Source: a virus. Taken from it: a stretch of DNA of 64,000 nucleotides. Both the position numbers and the translations under genes were made by a program. Location of the stretch: the IMG/VR virus record IMGVR_UViG_3300011113_000675, positions 64,001-128,000 of that record; one strand, written 5' to 3'. This document shows, one piece after another, positions 1-10,633 of this stretch (its first letter is position 1; each line of letters opens with the position of its first letter). The notes beneath the pieces are model-generated. The model saw only the letters and a program-made list of their open reading frames with translations, did no database searches and had not been told where the DNA came from.

Positions 1-290
1 TCTCTGAGTGGTGTTAATTCGTTTATTTTTAGTAGTTGTGGCATGATGAAATCCGAAACTTCATCTTTTGTAACATCAAATCCATAGTTTCGAAGAAAAC
101 TAACCACATTATTAAATTCATTATTAAACTTTTCTTGTAAACTCATCATCTTGAAAGTGTATGTGGGGGGATTGTCTAACTCAGATTCACTGAATCCCAT
201 CTCCTGTAAATGTTGTCTTAATCTCAAATAAATGTCCAAGAGATCTCTCAGATGAGAAGAATATGTTAGATATTTTTCAAAAGGTTTCAT
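1..290 (-). CDS. hypothetical protein, partial (runs off the window start)
   Basis: Manual translation from ATG at 290 (MKPFEKYLTYSSHLRD...) is open to position 1; preceded by a TATTTAT motif. Confidence 0.7.
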   Translation of the reverse strand, partial: MKPFEKYLTYSSHLRDLLDIYLRLRQHLQEMGFSESELDNPPTYTFKMMSLQEKFNNEFNNVVSFLRNYGFDVTKDEVSDFIMPQLLKINELTPLR

Positions 291-335
291 AAATATAAAT
301 ATTATAAAAACTTTTTGTATATAAACTACTACAAA

Positions 336-370
336 AATAAAAACCCCCACATTTCTGTGGGGGTCTTTTT
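336..370. terminator. intrinsic terminator (probably bidirectional)
   Basis: A-run, acccccaca/tgtgggggt stem, then T-run, directly after the 372..743 stop. Confidence 0.7.
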
Positions 371-371
371 G

Positions 372-743
372 TTACTTCAACTTTTTTAGTTGGTCTCTAA
401 TTTCAATCGACTTTTCGAAGTTTTGTTCTTCAATTGATTTTTTGAGTTCATCTTCAAGTTTGTCAATTTCCTTTTGGTTAGTTTCCAATTTCTTGATTTG
501 GTCTCTCAGTTCAACTGCTTTTTCGAAATCTTCATTTTCGATTGCGATTTCAAGTTGTTGTTTCAAATTTTTTGAAGTTGGGTCTGTTTTGGTATTGTCG
601 TAGTAATACGTGGTTATTTTCATTGTCCCATCTTCTGAAACTTTAGTTTGAGTTTTCCACTCACCATTATTTGGGGGAAATTGGGTGAACATTTCATCGA
701 ATGCTCTAAAGATGTCATTATAAAATCTTCTATTACCAAACAT
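372..743 (-). CDS. tandem UVR (UvrB/C coiled-coil) domain protein, possible Clp adaptor
   Basis: Two motifs: LEIAIENEDFEKAVELRDQIK and LKKSIEEQNFEKSIEIRDQLK; divergent from clpC. Confidence 0.8.
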   Translation of the reverse strand: MFGNRRFYNDIFRAFDEMFTQFPPNNGEWKTQTKVSEDGTMKITTYYYDNTKTDPTSKNLKQQLEIAIENEDFEKAVELRDQIKKLETNQKEIDKLEDELKKSIEEQNFEKSIEIRDQLKKLK

Positions 744-812
744 AATTTTAGTTTTTTGTTTTAAGTTTATTTGTTATCTTTGTATTCAAGATTGATGCCG
801 ACCACAATAATA

Positions 813-866
813 TGACAATCTGTCAGAAAAACAAAGTATTTTTAATTTTTTTATGACAACTTGTCT
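813..866. promoter_or_regulatory. pair of TGACA-N3-TGTC(A/T) inverted repeats, operator-like
   Basis: tgacaatctgtca at 813-825 and tgacaacttgtct at 854-866, between the divergent UVR gene and clpC. Confidence 0.45.
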
Positions 867-920
867 TTTTAGTTGGAAAAGAATAAATTTTGATATTACT
901 TTGTAAAAACTAAAAAACGT

Positions 921-2933
921 ATGAACGACTTAATGGACGACGAAGACAAAATGATGAGTAAAAAACAGAAGTCAGGAGATTCCTCGACACCTGTGCTAGA
1001 CAATTTCAGTCGAGACTTGAATAAACTTGCAGAGGCGGGAAAATTGGACCCTGTTATCGGAAGAGACCGAGAGATTCTACGAATCGCACAAATTCTCTCC
1101 CGAAGAAAGAAAAATAACCCAATTATTCTTGGTGAACCTGGCTGTGGTAAGACTGCAATTGTTGAAGGTTTGGCGATGAAAATTGTTAATGGTGATTGTC
1201 CTCGTAATCTCTTGGATAAAAGATTGGTTAACCTTGACCTAACTTCAGTTGTTGCTGGTACAAAGTACCGTGGACAATTTGAAGAAAGAATGAAGGTTAT
1301 CATCGAAGAACTTCAAGCTAATCCTAATATCATCGTATTCATTGATGAGATTCATACGTTGGTTGGTTCAGGAAATTCTTCTGGTTCAATGGATGGTTCC
1401 AACATTTTCAAACCAGCTCTATCTCGTGGAGAACTACAAGTAATTGGTGCAACCACTTTGGACGAGTTCAGAAAGAACATCGAAAAAGATGGAGCATTGG
1501 AGCGTAGATTTCAGAAAGTTATTGTTGACCCGTCAACAGTGACTGAGACAATCCAAATTTTGAAGAATGTTCGGGACAAGTACGAAACATATCACAAAGT
1601 GACTTATTCCGATGAGGTCATTGAAACTTGTGTTAAGTTGGCTGATAGATATATCACTGACCGTGAATTTCCTGACAAAGCGTTCGATATCTTGGATGAA
1701 GTTGGTGCCAGAATGCAGACTGAACTCAAGGTTCCCGAGGTAATCGAAGAGTTGAAGCGTAAAGCCGCTGAATTAAAACAACAGAAGTTGGATGTTGTTA
1801 AGAAACAGAATTACGAACAAGCCGCACAACTCCGAGACAAAGAGAAAAAGTTGTTGGATAAATTGGACCAAGAAAAACAAAAGTTCGAAGAACAAATGAC
1901 CAAAGACAAACAGAAGGTTGGAATCGACGACGTTTATGATGTTGTTTCCAACATGACTAAAATCCCTGTCAATAAAATGTCTGTGGATGATACCAAAGCG
2001 TTATTGAACTTGGACAAGCATATTGTTGGAACTGTCATTGGTCAGGATGCTGCGGTTATCAAGGTCGCAAAATCTATTAAGAGAAACCGACTCGGTATCA
2101 AAGATCCGAATCGTCCAATTGGTTCATTCGTTTTCTTGGGTTCAACTGGTGTTGGTAAAACTCACCTTGCGAAACAACTTGCAAAAGAAATGTTCGGAAG
2201 TGAGGACGCGCTAATCCGTGTGGATATGTCCGAATATCAAGAGAAGCATACCGTATCCAAATTGGTTGGAGCACCTCCAGGTTATGTTGGGTACGAAGAA
2301 GGTGGGTTGTTGACCGAGAAAGTTAAGAACAAACCTTACTCTGTTATCTTGTTTGATGAGGTTGAGAAAGCTCACAAGGACGTATTCACGGTATTACTAC
2401 AAATCTTGGACGATGGTCACGTTACAGATAGTTTAGGTAGAAAGATTAACTTCAAGAACACCTTGATTATCTTGACATCGAATCTTGGAGTTAAAAAACT
2501 ACAAGACTTCGGAACTGGTATTGGTTTCTCAACTAATACCTACAGTAACGAGGAAGCGAAGAAAGAAATTTTGATGAAAGAAATGAAAAATTTCTTTTCA
2601 CCTGAATTCATCAACCGTATTGATGACACCATCGTTTTCAATTCTCTATCTCAAGAGGATATCAAGAAAATCACTGACATCGAACTCAAGAAGTTGATGA
2701 AGCGTCTTGACGAAATGAAGTATAAGATAACTTATGATGAATCACTTTTGGATTACCTCTCAAAAATCGGATATGATGAGGTATACGGAGCAAGACCACT
2801 CAAGAGAGCGATTCAGGATAAAGTTGAAGACTTATTATCTGAAGAAGTTCTGACCGACAAAATTATAGTAGGAAAAACCTACGTAATTAAAGTTGAAGAT
2901 GAAGTAGTCAAAGTAGTCAAGAAAGGTCGGTAA
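921..2933 (+). CDS. clpC: ClpC-like AAA+ ATPase lacking the N-terminal Clp repeat domain
   Basis: Two AAA+ modules ([13 protein letters not shown] and [12 protein letters not shown]), pore loops KYRG and GYVG, middle UVR motif, IGF loop (GIGFS). Confidence 0.92.
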   Translation: MNDLMDDEDKMMSKKQKSGDSSTPVLDNFSRDLNKLAEAGKLDPVIGRDREILRIAQILSRRKKNNPIILGEPGCGKTAIVEGLAMKIVNGDCPRNLLDKRLVNLDLTSVVAGTKYRGQFEERMKVIIEELQANPNIIVFIDEIHTLVGSGNSSGSMDGSNIFKPALSRGELQVIGATTLDEFRKNIEKDGALERRFQKVIVDPSTVTETIQILKNVRDKYETYHKVTYSDEVIETCVKLADRYITDREFPDKAFDILDEVGARMQTELKVPEVIEELKRKAAELKQQKLDVVKKQNYEQAAQLRDKEKKLLDKLDQEKQKFEEQMTKDKQKVGIDDVYDVVSNMTKIPVNKMSVDDTKALLNLDKHIVGTVIGQDAAVIKVAKSIKRNRLGIKDPNRPIGSFVFLGSTGVGKTHLAKQLAKEMFGSEDALIRVDMSEYQEKHTVSKLVGAPPGYVGYEEGGLLTEKVKNKPYSVILFDEVEKAHKDVFTVLLQILDDGHVTDSLGRKINFKNTLIILTSNLGVKKLQDFGTGIGFSTNTYSNEEAKKEILMKEMKNFFSPEFINRIDDTIVFNSLSQEDIKKITDIELKKLMKRLDEMKYKITYDESLLDYLSKIGYDEVYGARPLKRAIQDKVEDLLSEEVLTDKIIVGKTYVIKVEDEVVKVVKKGR

Positions 2934-2975
2934 ATTAAAAAGGGGAGAAATCCCCTTTTTTTTATATTTATAATC

Positions 2976-3584
2976 ATGAGTAATTTTTCCCGACTGTTAG
3001 ATAAGTTTAAAGATTCATTCCCACAAGATTTACAATCGAAAGTCGATGTAATCGAAAATTTTGTTGTAAACTATATTCAAGAAAATAACCTTAATGTAAA
3101 ATTCTTGAATTCATGTAATGCAGGATTCAAAGGGGTTAGAACAAGAGACCAAATTATTATTTGTTCTCCTTTTGGTATGGAAACAATCGGGGATTTTTTA
3201 TATACCATATTTCACGAAATCAGGCATGAACAACAGATTAGAGATTTGAAAATGTTGAATCCTTTGACGGATTTTGATTTAGAAGATTTCGAGGCTCTTT
3301 ACGAACATTACTGGAATATGGAGTTGGATGCTGACAAATTTGCAAAAGAAATGGTTGCAAAACTCGTTATCAAATTAGGGATTCCAATCGATATCGCAAA
3401 AAAATTATTTTCATTGTCACCGTATGTTGAACAATATCCAAGAATGTCGAACATGGTTCGTGGAGGAATTCAACAAATTATCAACGACATCAAGACAATA
3501 AAAAAATCGGGTGGTGAATATACTGATATTCAAGACCACCCGGTAGTACAAAGACACATCGATAAGTTAGAGGATTTTATTTAA
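2976..3584 (+). CDS. putative zinc metallopeptidase-like protein
   Basis: HEIRH (HExxH) motif with downstream ELDAD. Confidence 0.55.
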   Translation: MSNFSRLLDKFKDSFPQDLQSKVDVIENFVVNYIQENNLNVKFLNSCNAGFKGVRTRDQIIICSPFGMETIGDFLYTIFHEIRHEQQIRDLKMLNPLTDFDLEDFEALYEHYWNMELDADKFAKEMVAKLVIKLGIPIDIAKKLFSLSPYVEQYPRMSNMVRGGIQQIINDIKTIKKSGGEYTDIQDHPVVQRHIDKLEDFI

Positions 3585-4418
3585 TCAGAATGGATGAAAT
3601 TGTCCTCTTGGTACCGACTTTTTGAAATGTAGTTTATAACCCAACTCTTCAATCATTTTTCTTCCCATTTCTATCCCGTTGAATACGTCCTCAATAACGA
3701 CATATTCTTCAGGACTATGGTAATCATAATATCCAATAGAAAAGTTGATACAAGAAAAGTCAAATTTAGTTCTCAAAGCATAAACGTCAGTATATGGGTG
3801 AACCATGTATTGCATTTCTTCTTTAATCATTCCTTCAGTCAAAACTTTATCAATTTTTTCAAAAAACTCGGTATCTCTGTCAAATAACATTTGTCCGAAA
3901 CATTTTTCAGTAATCATCCAATTTTCGGGAGCATCGAACTGAATACCATATCCAACATTTTCGAAAAATTTGGGATCGGCGGCCTTTGAACCATGACATC
4001 CAGTTTCTTCTGAAGCAAAGAATGCCGCTTTTATGTTTGGTAATTCTCTGAGTAAAGATAAACAAGCAAACACACCACATTTATCATCTCCACCAATACC
4101 TGTAGGTCTTTCGTTATCATTGAATGCTTTCAATGCTGGTTTCAATTCACCTTGAGCATTTTCTAACATCATTTCTTTGATATTGATTGTATCGATATGG
4201 TGAACTGTATCCGTGTGGGATATTACACAAGGGAAATAAAAATCTTCAGGAAGGTCAGTTGTTTCTTGTTTGGTCGCATAGATATTCAATTTGTCATCGA
4301 CATAATGTTCTATGTTGTTTTCGGTTAACCAATTAACCAAAAATTCAACCATACGATGTTCTTGGTAAGTTTTTGTGGGTACGCTCAGAACTTCTTTGAG
4401 CAAATTTATATCTTTCAT
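3585..4418 (-). CDS. M20/M28-family zinc peptidase
   Basis: SHTDTV, GGDDKCG and SEETG metal-binding motifs, YHS near the C-terminus. Confidence 0.8.
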   Translation of the reverse strand: MKDINLLKEVLSVPTKTYQEHRMVEFLVNWLTENNIEHYVDDKLNIYATKQETTDLPEDFYFPCVISHTDTVHHIDTINIKEMMLENAQGELKPALKAFNDNERPTGIGGDDKCGVFACLSLLRELPNIKAAFFASEETGCHGSKAADPKFFENVGYGIQFDAPENWMITEKCFGQMLFDRDTEFFEKIDKVLTEGMIKEEMQYMVHPYTDVYALRTKFDFSCINFSIGYYDYHSPEEYVVIEDVFNGIEMGRKMIEELGYKLHFKKSVPRGQFHPF

Positions 4419-4438
4419 TCTACAAAGATATGAATAAA

Positions 4439-5482
4439 TTAGATTTCATCCAAACTAAACAATGAAGGTTGGTATAATAAATTATAAAAATTTTGTTCAC
4501 CTAAAGACAGTGTCTTTTGTTTTAATCCTTTCGACAATGTCACAATTATTTTCATTTCAGGAAATTTGAATCCTTCGATTTTGAATCTTGTTTCTTTTTT
4601 TGAATCTTTCGGTAAAAAGTAAAATTCTTCTTGTCTGAATTTTTTGAGAATTCTTGAAGTCATGTCAGTGAAATCTTTGAAGCTAACTCCTTCCTCTTCT
4701 CCATCTTCCTGAATTGTATCCAAAATTTCAGTAAAAATTTTATTTGCAGTTCCGTTGAAACTTTCAGAATCAAATTCTTCGGGGTCTTCATACGCATAAT
4801 AATCTTCTTGCCAACCACCTGGCGCTTGTTGTCTACCAAAAATTCTTTCTAATAATTTTTTCATAGAAAGGTGAAGGTCACCTTCATTAATATACAAGGC
4901 TATTAAGTCCGCCACCTTAATTCTAAACCCATCTGTATAAGCGTCAATTCCCAACTCATCGAAATACTCATCCATCTCTTTATTCATCGCCGTCGAAAGA
5001 GATCTTTGAAATGCGTGATTTTTTTCATAGACATAATCTTCGATGACATACTTTATTTGTTTTCCGAAATTATCCATCAATACTTGGGATAACTCTTTTC
5101 TGTATTCGTCATCTGAAAAGTCGACTTTCATGGGAAGTATTGCACTAGAAATTTCAGACAATAATTCTTTGTTTTCGTCATCCAAAGTATAGTAAAAACT
5201 ATACCCTTCCATAAAGTCTTCTGTGGATGAATAGTGGTCTATAAATTCATAATCGTTATACGGAGAATTAATCACTTGATAAAACCAAACATCATCTTCC
5301 GATAATCCCAACGCCTGCAAAAATTCTTGTTGATTTTTGAACTCAACACTTATAACGCTTTGACCTGGTGTACTTCGGTCCTCTCTCATGTACGAGAATA
5401 GGTCATCCGAAGATAATAATTCATCTTTAGTTATTTGTCTTTTAGCGTAACTTCTTAAAGCCCTGAAAGTTTCATAATTCAT
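4439..5482 (-). CDS. hypothetical acidic protein
   Basis: Long ORF; start moved to ATG 5482, just downstream of the TATTTAT motif. Confidence 0.7.
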   Translation of the reverse strand: MNYETFRALRSYAKRQITKDELLSSDDLFSYMREDRSTPGQSVISVEFKNQQEFLQALGLSEDDVWFYQVINSPYNDYEFIDHYSSTEDFMEGYSFYYTLDDENKELLSEISSAILPMKVDFSDDEYRKELSQVLMDNFGKQIKYVIEDYVYEKNHAFQRSLSTAMNKEMDEYFDELGIDAYTDGFRIKVADLIALYINEGDLHLSMKKLLERIFGRQQAPGGWQEDYYAYEDPEEFDSESFNGTANKIFTEILDTIQEDGEEEGVSFKDFTDMTSRILKKFRQEEFYFLPKDSKKETRFKIEGFKFPEMKIIVTLSKGLKQKTLSLGEQNFYNLLYQPSLFSLDEI

Positions 5483-5545
5483 ACTACAAATAAATATCAA
5501 TTCTGTTGGATTCGGAAATATTTATACTTACATTTGTACAACAAT

Positions 5546-5960
5546 GGGGATGAACGGTATTGATTGACATTGTTGGGGATAAGTGGCACGTAGTCAGAAT
5601 TCATCTATGACTTGAATCTATGGTGAAGAAAGTAAACGGCAATACTCTTGCTAAGATGTCTGCTTTAGGTTTGACTAGAGAAGCATCTGTTGTAACTGCT
5701 TAAGAAGTAGATACAACGTCAGGTCGATTGGGCATATAACCTAGGAACAGAAGCCCTCCAAGGTGGATACCACCCAAAGCGTATCAAAAGGTCACGTTCA
5801 GAGGGCTACCTTATTTCAAGTGAACTCGACACAGTTGTTGGTAACGATGTCAAAATAGGAACCATCTATTTCGGAAGGTATGAAAAACCTTGACCTAAAC
5901 GTGTAGGCATTTATTGTCAAAGTGAGCAAGACGCGAGTTCGAATCTCGCCATCTCCACCA
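5546..5960 (+). ncRNA. ssrA: tmRNA, predicted tag GNTLAKMSALGLTREASVVTA* (5638-5703)
   Basis: 5' GGGGATG pairs with 3' CATCTCC-ACCA with a G3:U70 pair; T-arm GCGAG-TTCGAAT-CTCGC; about 415 nt; TAAAC|GGC resume context; TACATTTG promoter element at 5529-5536. Confidence 0.92.
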
Positions 5961-5963
5961 AAT

Positions 5964-5995
5964 AAAAAAGGGGTCAAAATGACCCCTTTTTTTTT
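5964..5995. terminator. bidirectional intrinsic terminator
   Basis: aaaaaaggggtca-aaa-tgacccctttttt between convergent ssrA and 5994..7190. Confidence 0.8.
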
Positions 5996-7190
5996 AGTTT
6001 CCTTTTGATGGAAATCTTGTCCATCCATTTACCCAAACAGGTTTATCTAATTCAGGAATTACCACATCAATTTCTTTATTACTTTTTGATAATGCTAATG
6101 TTTTAAGTTGTTCACTTGTTAGAATTGTGGTTGCTCTACTGATGAAATTCAGAGTTGGATTGAATGTTCCGACTGAATTGTTTTCAAAGACAGATACACC
6201 ATCTTTTACGAACTGTGCGGTTTCATTACTTTCCAAACTTAATCCCCCTTTCATCCATCCCCAAACTACACTGTTCTTCATTGTGAATTGGGTTGCTCTC
6301 CTAAATCTCATCCCCAAGTTGTGGTTTGCTAAAGCTGTAGATACATTTGGTCCAACCAAAATCATATTGTAAAGTTTTGGGTGGGTATATGGTTGTGCTG
6401 AAGATCCTGTTCCGTCATTATCACATTCTACACCATTTCCAGCGTCACCACTGTCGACAAATTGTGGGTCTCTTTTTGCAACTCCATTTGTTATTGTTCC
6501 TGTATAACCAAAGTCAAAATCGAAATCATCATCTGCGGTTGCGTATGCATAAAGATTTTTACCATTTACGGTTCCACCAAAGAATTCGAATGCGTCATCG
6601 TTTGCGTATATGGTTTGAACATTCTCGAGTATGGTTCCATTTCCAACTCCACCTAATGTAAGAGCGTTTATTTCTGAGTTCGGCATCGCGGCAACTCCAG
6701 CATATTCAATTCTGACATATCTAAGAACTCCACTATTGTCTGAATCATCTGTTCCACCATAAGGTCTTCCGATTCCACCTTCAATTGTAGGTTCAGAGGA
6801 ACGGTTTGTCTTCGCTCTACCTAAAATTACTATACCACCCCAATCACCAGGAGATCGTTGTCCCTCAGGTCTCCCTGACGTAAATACGATAGGTTTGGTT
6901 GGGGTTCCCTCAGCAATTATTTGGGAACCTCTTTCAATACATAAAGCACCTTTTTCTGCAACATCAGAAACTATGGTTGTGCCTGGTTGAATGATAAGTT
7001 TTGCTCCATCGGTTACATAAACATATCCTTTAAGTGTCCAAACTTTGTCCGAGGTCAAAGTTATTGTGGTGTTGATGTTTCCTGTCAATGTTGTTGTTTG
7101 TGGAACATTGATTGGTCCTTCACCTCCACCTAAGTCTCTATCACAACTGAAGAGTCCTAATGCAATCATAATTGTTAATAGTTTTTTCAT
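5994..7190 (-). CDS. surface lipoprotein with a beta-helix-like Gly/Asp-rich domain, partner of the TonB receptor
   Basis: Lipobox LFSC; motifs PIVFTS, GDWGGIVILG, YVRIEYAG, DDAFEFFGG, DDDFDFDFG. Confidence 0.75.
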   Translation of the reverse strand: MKKLLTIMIALGLFSCDRDLGGGEGPINVPQTTTLTGNINTTITLTSDKVWTLKGYVYVTDGAKLIIQPGTTIVSDVAEKGALCIERGSQIIAEGTPTKPIVFTSGRPEGQRSPGDWGGIVILGRAKTNRSSEPTIEGGIGRPYGGTDDSDNSGVLRYVRIEYAGVAAMPNSEINALTLGGVGNGTILENVQTIYANDDAFEFFGGTVNGKNLYAYATADDDFDFDFGYTGTITNGVAKRDPQFVDSGDAGNGVECDNDGTGSSAQPYTHPKLYNMILVGPNVSTALANHNLGMRFRRATQFTMKNSVVWGWMKGGLSLESNETAQFVKDGVSVFENNSVGTFNPTLNFISRATTILTSEQLKTLALSKSNKEIDVVIPELDKPVWVNGWTRFPSKGN

Positions 7191-9670
7191 AAATTTAGAT
7201 TTAAGGTTAATGAAACTATTGTTTCGTTATTTGTGTTTATTAAATTACGGTTTGAAATTCTTTGATAGTTTATTGATGGTTGTGCAAAAATGTCTGATAT
7301 TGCCAACTTCAACTCTCCCTTTGGAAGTTTATGTAAGAATGTAATGTCCAAAACATCTCTACTATTTTCGAATATGTCAGGATATCCTTGGAAACCGACA
7401 GCGGATATTCTTTCACCAATTCTATTGTAGGTTAGATTAAGTGTATTATTTTTCTTATTGATGTTCACACCTGAATTAACAACATAGTTTGATTGTCCTT
7501 GTAATTGTCTTTTTACACCATTCACATCAACCTCAGAATTCATAACTGAAGCATTTGTGTAAAAATCAAACCATCCATTTATTCTTTTTCTAACTTCCAT
7601 TTCAACACCATATACAATCGCAGATTCAGGATTTGCATAAGTTAGAAGTAAGTTGGATGGAACTGACCCGTCAGCAACAACTTGTTCGATTGGGTTTATG
7701 AAGTTTTTACCAAAGAATGAAAGGGAAATATTTTCTGTGTTTGAAGGATATAATTCGTATTTCAGATCAACATTGTATATGTCGGTTTTTTTCAAGTTGG
7801 AGTTTCCTAATATTTGTGCGTTTCTAACAAAATCATAATACGCGAAGTTTGCGACTTCTCTGAACTCTGGTCTTGCCAAGGTCTTACTCAAAGAAAATCT
7901 ATATTTGGTTTTCTCCAAGTTGTAAGAAAGGTTCAATGATGGAAGAATGTCCAAATATGTTCTATTAACTTTTACCTTTTGACCACTAAAATCTGCAGTT
8001 TCAACATCAAACAAGTTGTATTCACCTCTTACACCTGTATTGATTTTCCATTTTCCGATCTCGTTCTCATACATCGTATAAAGATTACCCAAATCAAAGT
8101 CAGCGGTGTATCTATCTGTATTGTTGGTTATTTCATCCAATAAATCTGTTGTTTGATATCTGAAAACTCTTGCATTGAACCCTCGAATCTTTTTCAAATA
8201 ACCTCCACCCACTTCGAATTTACCCAAATCCCTTCTTATGTTTCCATTGAATGAGTTTTCATCCATAACACTCCAAAATCTATAGGTGTCTCTCCACGCC
8301 GTTGCGAATGGTTCATTTACACCCAATGATTTGGTAATAGGGTTAATTCTATAGTCAGGTTGTTCTCTGAAGATGTAATTATATCCGAAATTGAAATCAA
8401 AAGTTTCAATATTACCATCAACCTGTGAGTTGATTACCACGTTATTGATATGGTTTGACGCATTACTCAACACATCTTGAACATTGTCAAAGTTCTGACC
8501 TTCTCTTGTTAGGTATGAACTCTCCTTTTGAAAGTTTGCCAATGTTTTCCAACTATATTTGTTTTTACCCAAATAAGTTAAATTCAATAATCCATTTGTG
8601 GAGAATCTCTGTGTATATAATTTATCGTTATAGTCATACGCCAATTCAGTGGAAGATTGATAATCCTTTCTCTCAATGTTGTTGAGAGTATATGAGTTTC
8701 TTACTGTTGAACTAAATAAGGAACTCCATTTTCCTTTTACATAACCAAATGAAAGTCCTCCATTCAAGTTTGGAATAGATTGAAAACTGTTTTCGGATGG
8801 GTTTCCTATCTGTTTTGTGAATAATCTTTTATCACCATTACCACTTATTCTGTATTTGTAAGTTGAAGGAAAGGTTGATGGAAATGGTATTGATTTCACC
8901 ATTCTGAAATCTCTGAGAGTTGATACGGATCCGAAACCTGTTCCAAAACTGACATCAAAGAAGTTGTCAGATACTTCCTTTGTTGATACTTGAACCAATC
9001 CTCCACTCCAATCACCAAGTTGGTTTGCCGAAAATGATTTGGAAACCATAATATTATCAATCAAAGAAGTTGGGATAATATCAAATGAGAATGCCCGTCT
9101 ATCAGGTTCTGTGGAGGGTAAAGGTGTTTGATTTAACATTGCGGAATTATATCTATCGGCGAGTCCTCGAACCAAAACAAATTTGTCATTCTGAATTGTG
9201 ACACCACTTACTCGTTTTAATGCATCACCCAAATTTCTATCGGGGGTTTTCTTGATGAATTCAATTGATAGTCCATCGGAGACAACAATATTATTTCTAA
9301 TGGATTTCATCACTGAAATATCCGTGACCTTTTGGGCCGTCCCTCGAACCAAAACCTCATTTAATTCTGTATCGGTTTGTTCGAAAATAATATCTATATT
9401 TGTATCCGAGGTTAGATCAATGGTCGTTACGAAATCTTTGTAACCGATGTAAGTTCCTTTAACCTGATATTCATCGGAAACCAAATCAATCTCATATTGA
9501 GCATTTTCATTGGATATTGTAGTGAAAACTTGTCCCTCTTTATTCTGAAATGTTATGTGTGCGAAATATATTTCTTCACTATTTGATTTTGTCTTACCTT
9601 GAAGTTTAACTTTTTCTTGAGAGAAGACACTCAACGGAAAAAGTAACATAAAAATAAAATATTTTGTCAT
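7187..9670 (-). CDS. TonB-dependent outer membrane receptor
   Basis: Signal peptide, N-terminal carboxypeptidase-regulatory-like domain, LNEVLV TonB box, plug (DALKRVSGV, VRGLADRY), barrel motifs (ARPEFRE, GNSNLK). Confidence 0.9.
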   Translation of the reverse strand: MTKYFIFMLLFPLSVFSQEKVKLQGKTKSNSEEIYFAHITFQNKEGQVFTTISNENAQYEIDLVSDEYQVKGTYIGYKDFVTTIDLTSDTNIDIIFEQTDTELNEVLVRGTAQKVTDISVMKSIRNNIVVSDGLSIEFIKKTPDRNLGDALKRVSGVTIQNDKFVLVRGLADRYNSAMLNQTPLPSTEPDRRAFSFDIIPTSLIDNIMVSKSFSANQLGDWSGGLVQVSTKEVSDNFFDVSFGTGFGSVSTLRDFRMVKSIPFPSTFPSTYKYRISGNGDKRLFTKQIGNPSENSFQSIPNLNGGLSFGYVKGKWSSLFSSTVRNSYTLNNIERKDYQSSTELAYDYNDKLYTQRFSTNGLLNLTYLGKNKYSWKTLANFQKESSYLTREGQNFDNVQDVLSNASNHINNVVINSQVDGNIETFDFNFGYNYIFREQPDYRINPITKSLGVNEPFATAWRDTYRFWSVMDENSFNGNIRRDLGKFEVGGGYLKKIRGFNARVFRYQTTDLLDEITNNTDRYTADFDLGNLYTMYENEIGKWKINTGVRGEYNLFDVETADFSGQKVKVNRTYLDILPSLNLSYNLEKTKYRFSLSKTLARPEFREVANFAYYDFVRNAQILGNSNLKKTDIYNVDLKYELYPSNTENISLSFFGKNFINPIEQVVADGSVPSNLLLTYANPESAIVYGVEMEVRKRINGWFDFYTNASVMNSEVDVNGVKRQLQGQSNYVVNSGVNINKKNNTLNLTYNRIGERISAVGFQGYPDIFENSRDVLDITFLHKLPKGELKLAISDIFAQPSINYQRISNRNLINTNNETIVSLTLNLNL

Positions 9671-9797
9671 TGCCTGATTTTTTCAACAATAATTACGAGA
9701 GGGTCTCTTCGAAAACTCAAATTCAAAATTATCAAATGATTATGTTGTTGTTAAGAAAAAAAATATTAACTTTGTGAATTGAAAATTAAAAACCGAT

Positions 9798-10244
9798 ATG
9801 AACGAAAGATTAAAACGGATTATATTCAAGAAGTTAAACCAAGATTTAGGTCATGCTGAAATCATTGTGGATGATAATAAATCCATTTGGTTCATCGATC
9901 GTGCAAATAAGTATTGGTATTTGGAACTGAGAAGTTCAGGGACTCTATGGTGGAGATACTCATTCTTCCGTGATTTTTTTCCGTTGTTTGGCATGGAACG
10001 GCTAGAATATGAATCCGTCATAGCGGAATGGGTGGAAGAGGTACTCAAACGCGGGGTGTCTTCAACTCTACAAAGCAAAATCGCCTACCAGAATCAGGTG
10101 GAAGAGGTTCTCAAACGCGAGGTGTCCTCAACAAATTCCTATGAACATTTACCATTTGAAGTAGAAAAAGTTCTGTCTCTCAAAGCTGGTGTCAGAGAAT
10201 GTAAAATGAAAATTAAAAAATTCTCAAAAAAAATAATAAGTTAA
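9798..10244 (+). CDS. hypothetical protein with 22-aa VEEVLKR repeats (paralog of 58257..58982)
   Basis: Shares SIWFIDRANKYWY.EL..SG.LWWRY.FF.DFF with the 58257 protein. Confidence 0.75.
   Translation: MNERLKRIIFKKLNQDLGHAEIIVDDNKSIWFIDRANKYWYLELRSSGTLWWRYSFFRDFFPLFGMERLEYESVIAEWVEEVLKRGVSSTLQSKIAYQNQVEEVLKREVSSTNSYEHLPFEVEKVLSLKAGVRECKMKIKKFSKKIIS
10031..10132 (+). repeat. 36-bp imperfect direct repeat with 66-nt period inside the ORF
   Basis: ggtggaagaggtactcaaacgcggggtgtcttcaac (10031) versus ggtggaagaggttctcaaacgcgaggtgtcctcaac (10097). Confidence 0.85.
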
Positions 10245-10285
10245 AATCCCTCGAATATTCGGGGGATTTTTTTTATCTTTGTAGA

Positions 10286-10633
10286 ATGGATATAGCCAAA
10301 ATATTACTCGCCACCCTGTTTATGATTTTAGGTCAAATTGGGTCTTTTATGCAATTACAGGGTTCAATCAAATATGGTTGGTCAGAGAAATACCTTTGGT
10401 TACTTTTACTCTCAGGTATTCCAATTAGTTGGTTATATATCAAGTCAGTGAATCTATACGTACAAGGATTCGGTGGTCAAATTTGGCCAAGTAGATTGGT
10501 TGGATTTGCATTAGGTGTAGTTGTTTTCACAATATTATCTTCAATTCTTTTTCAAGAACATATGAACTTAAAAACTGTTACTTGTTTGATTCTCGCGTTC
10601 ACAATCGTTCTAATACAATTATTTTGGAAATGA
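10286..10633 (+). CDS. small 4-TM membrane protein (DMT/SMR-like size)
   Basis: Four hydrophobic segments in 115 aa. Confidence 0.65.
   Translation: MDIAKILLATLFMILGQIGSFMQLQGSIKYGWSEKYLWLLLLSGIPISWLYIKSVNLYVQGFGGQIWPSRLVGFALGVVVFTILSSILFQEHMNLKTVTCLILAFTIVLIQLFWK

Noticed and set aside
896-1303. 135-aa minus-strand ORF and similar nested ORFs throughout the track
   Set aside because: Antisense or out-of-frame overlaps of well-supported genes such as clpC.
5816-6028. 70-aa ORF on the minus strand
   Set aside because: Antisense to the tmRNA 3' half and its terminator; shadow ORF.
9720-9770. Pho-box-like 11-bp periodic TAA repeats upstream of the TonB receptor
   Set aside because: Too degenerate to distinguish from the AT-rich background by eye.
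10031-10132. CRISPR-like array (36-nt repeat, 30-nt spacer)
   Set aside because: Only two imperfect copies, in frame within an ORF, not palindromic, and no cas genes; better explained as a protein repeat.
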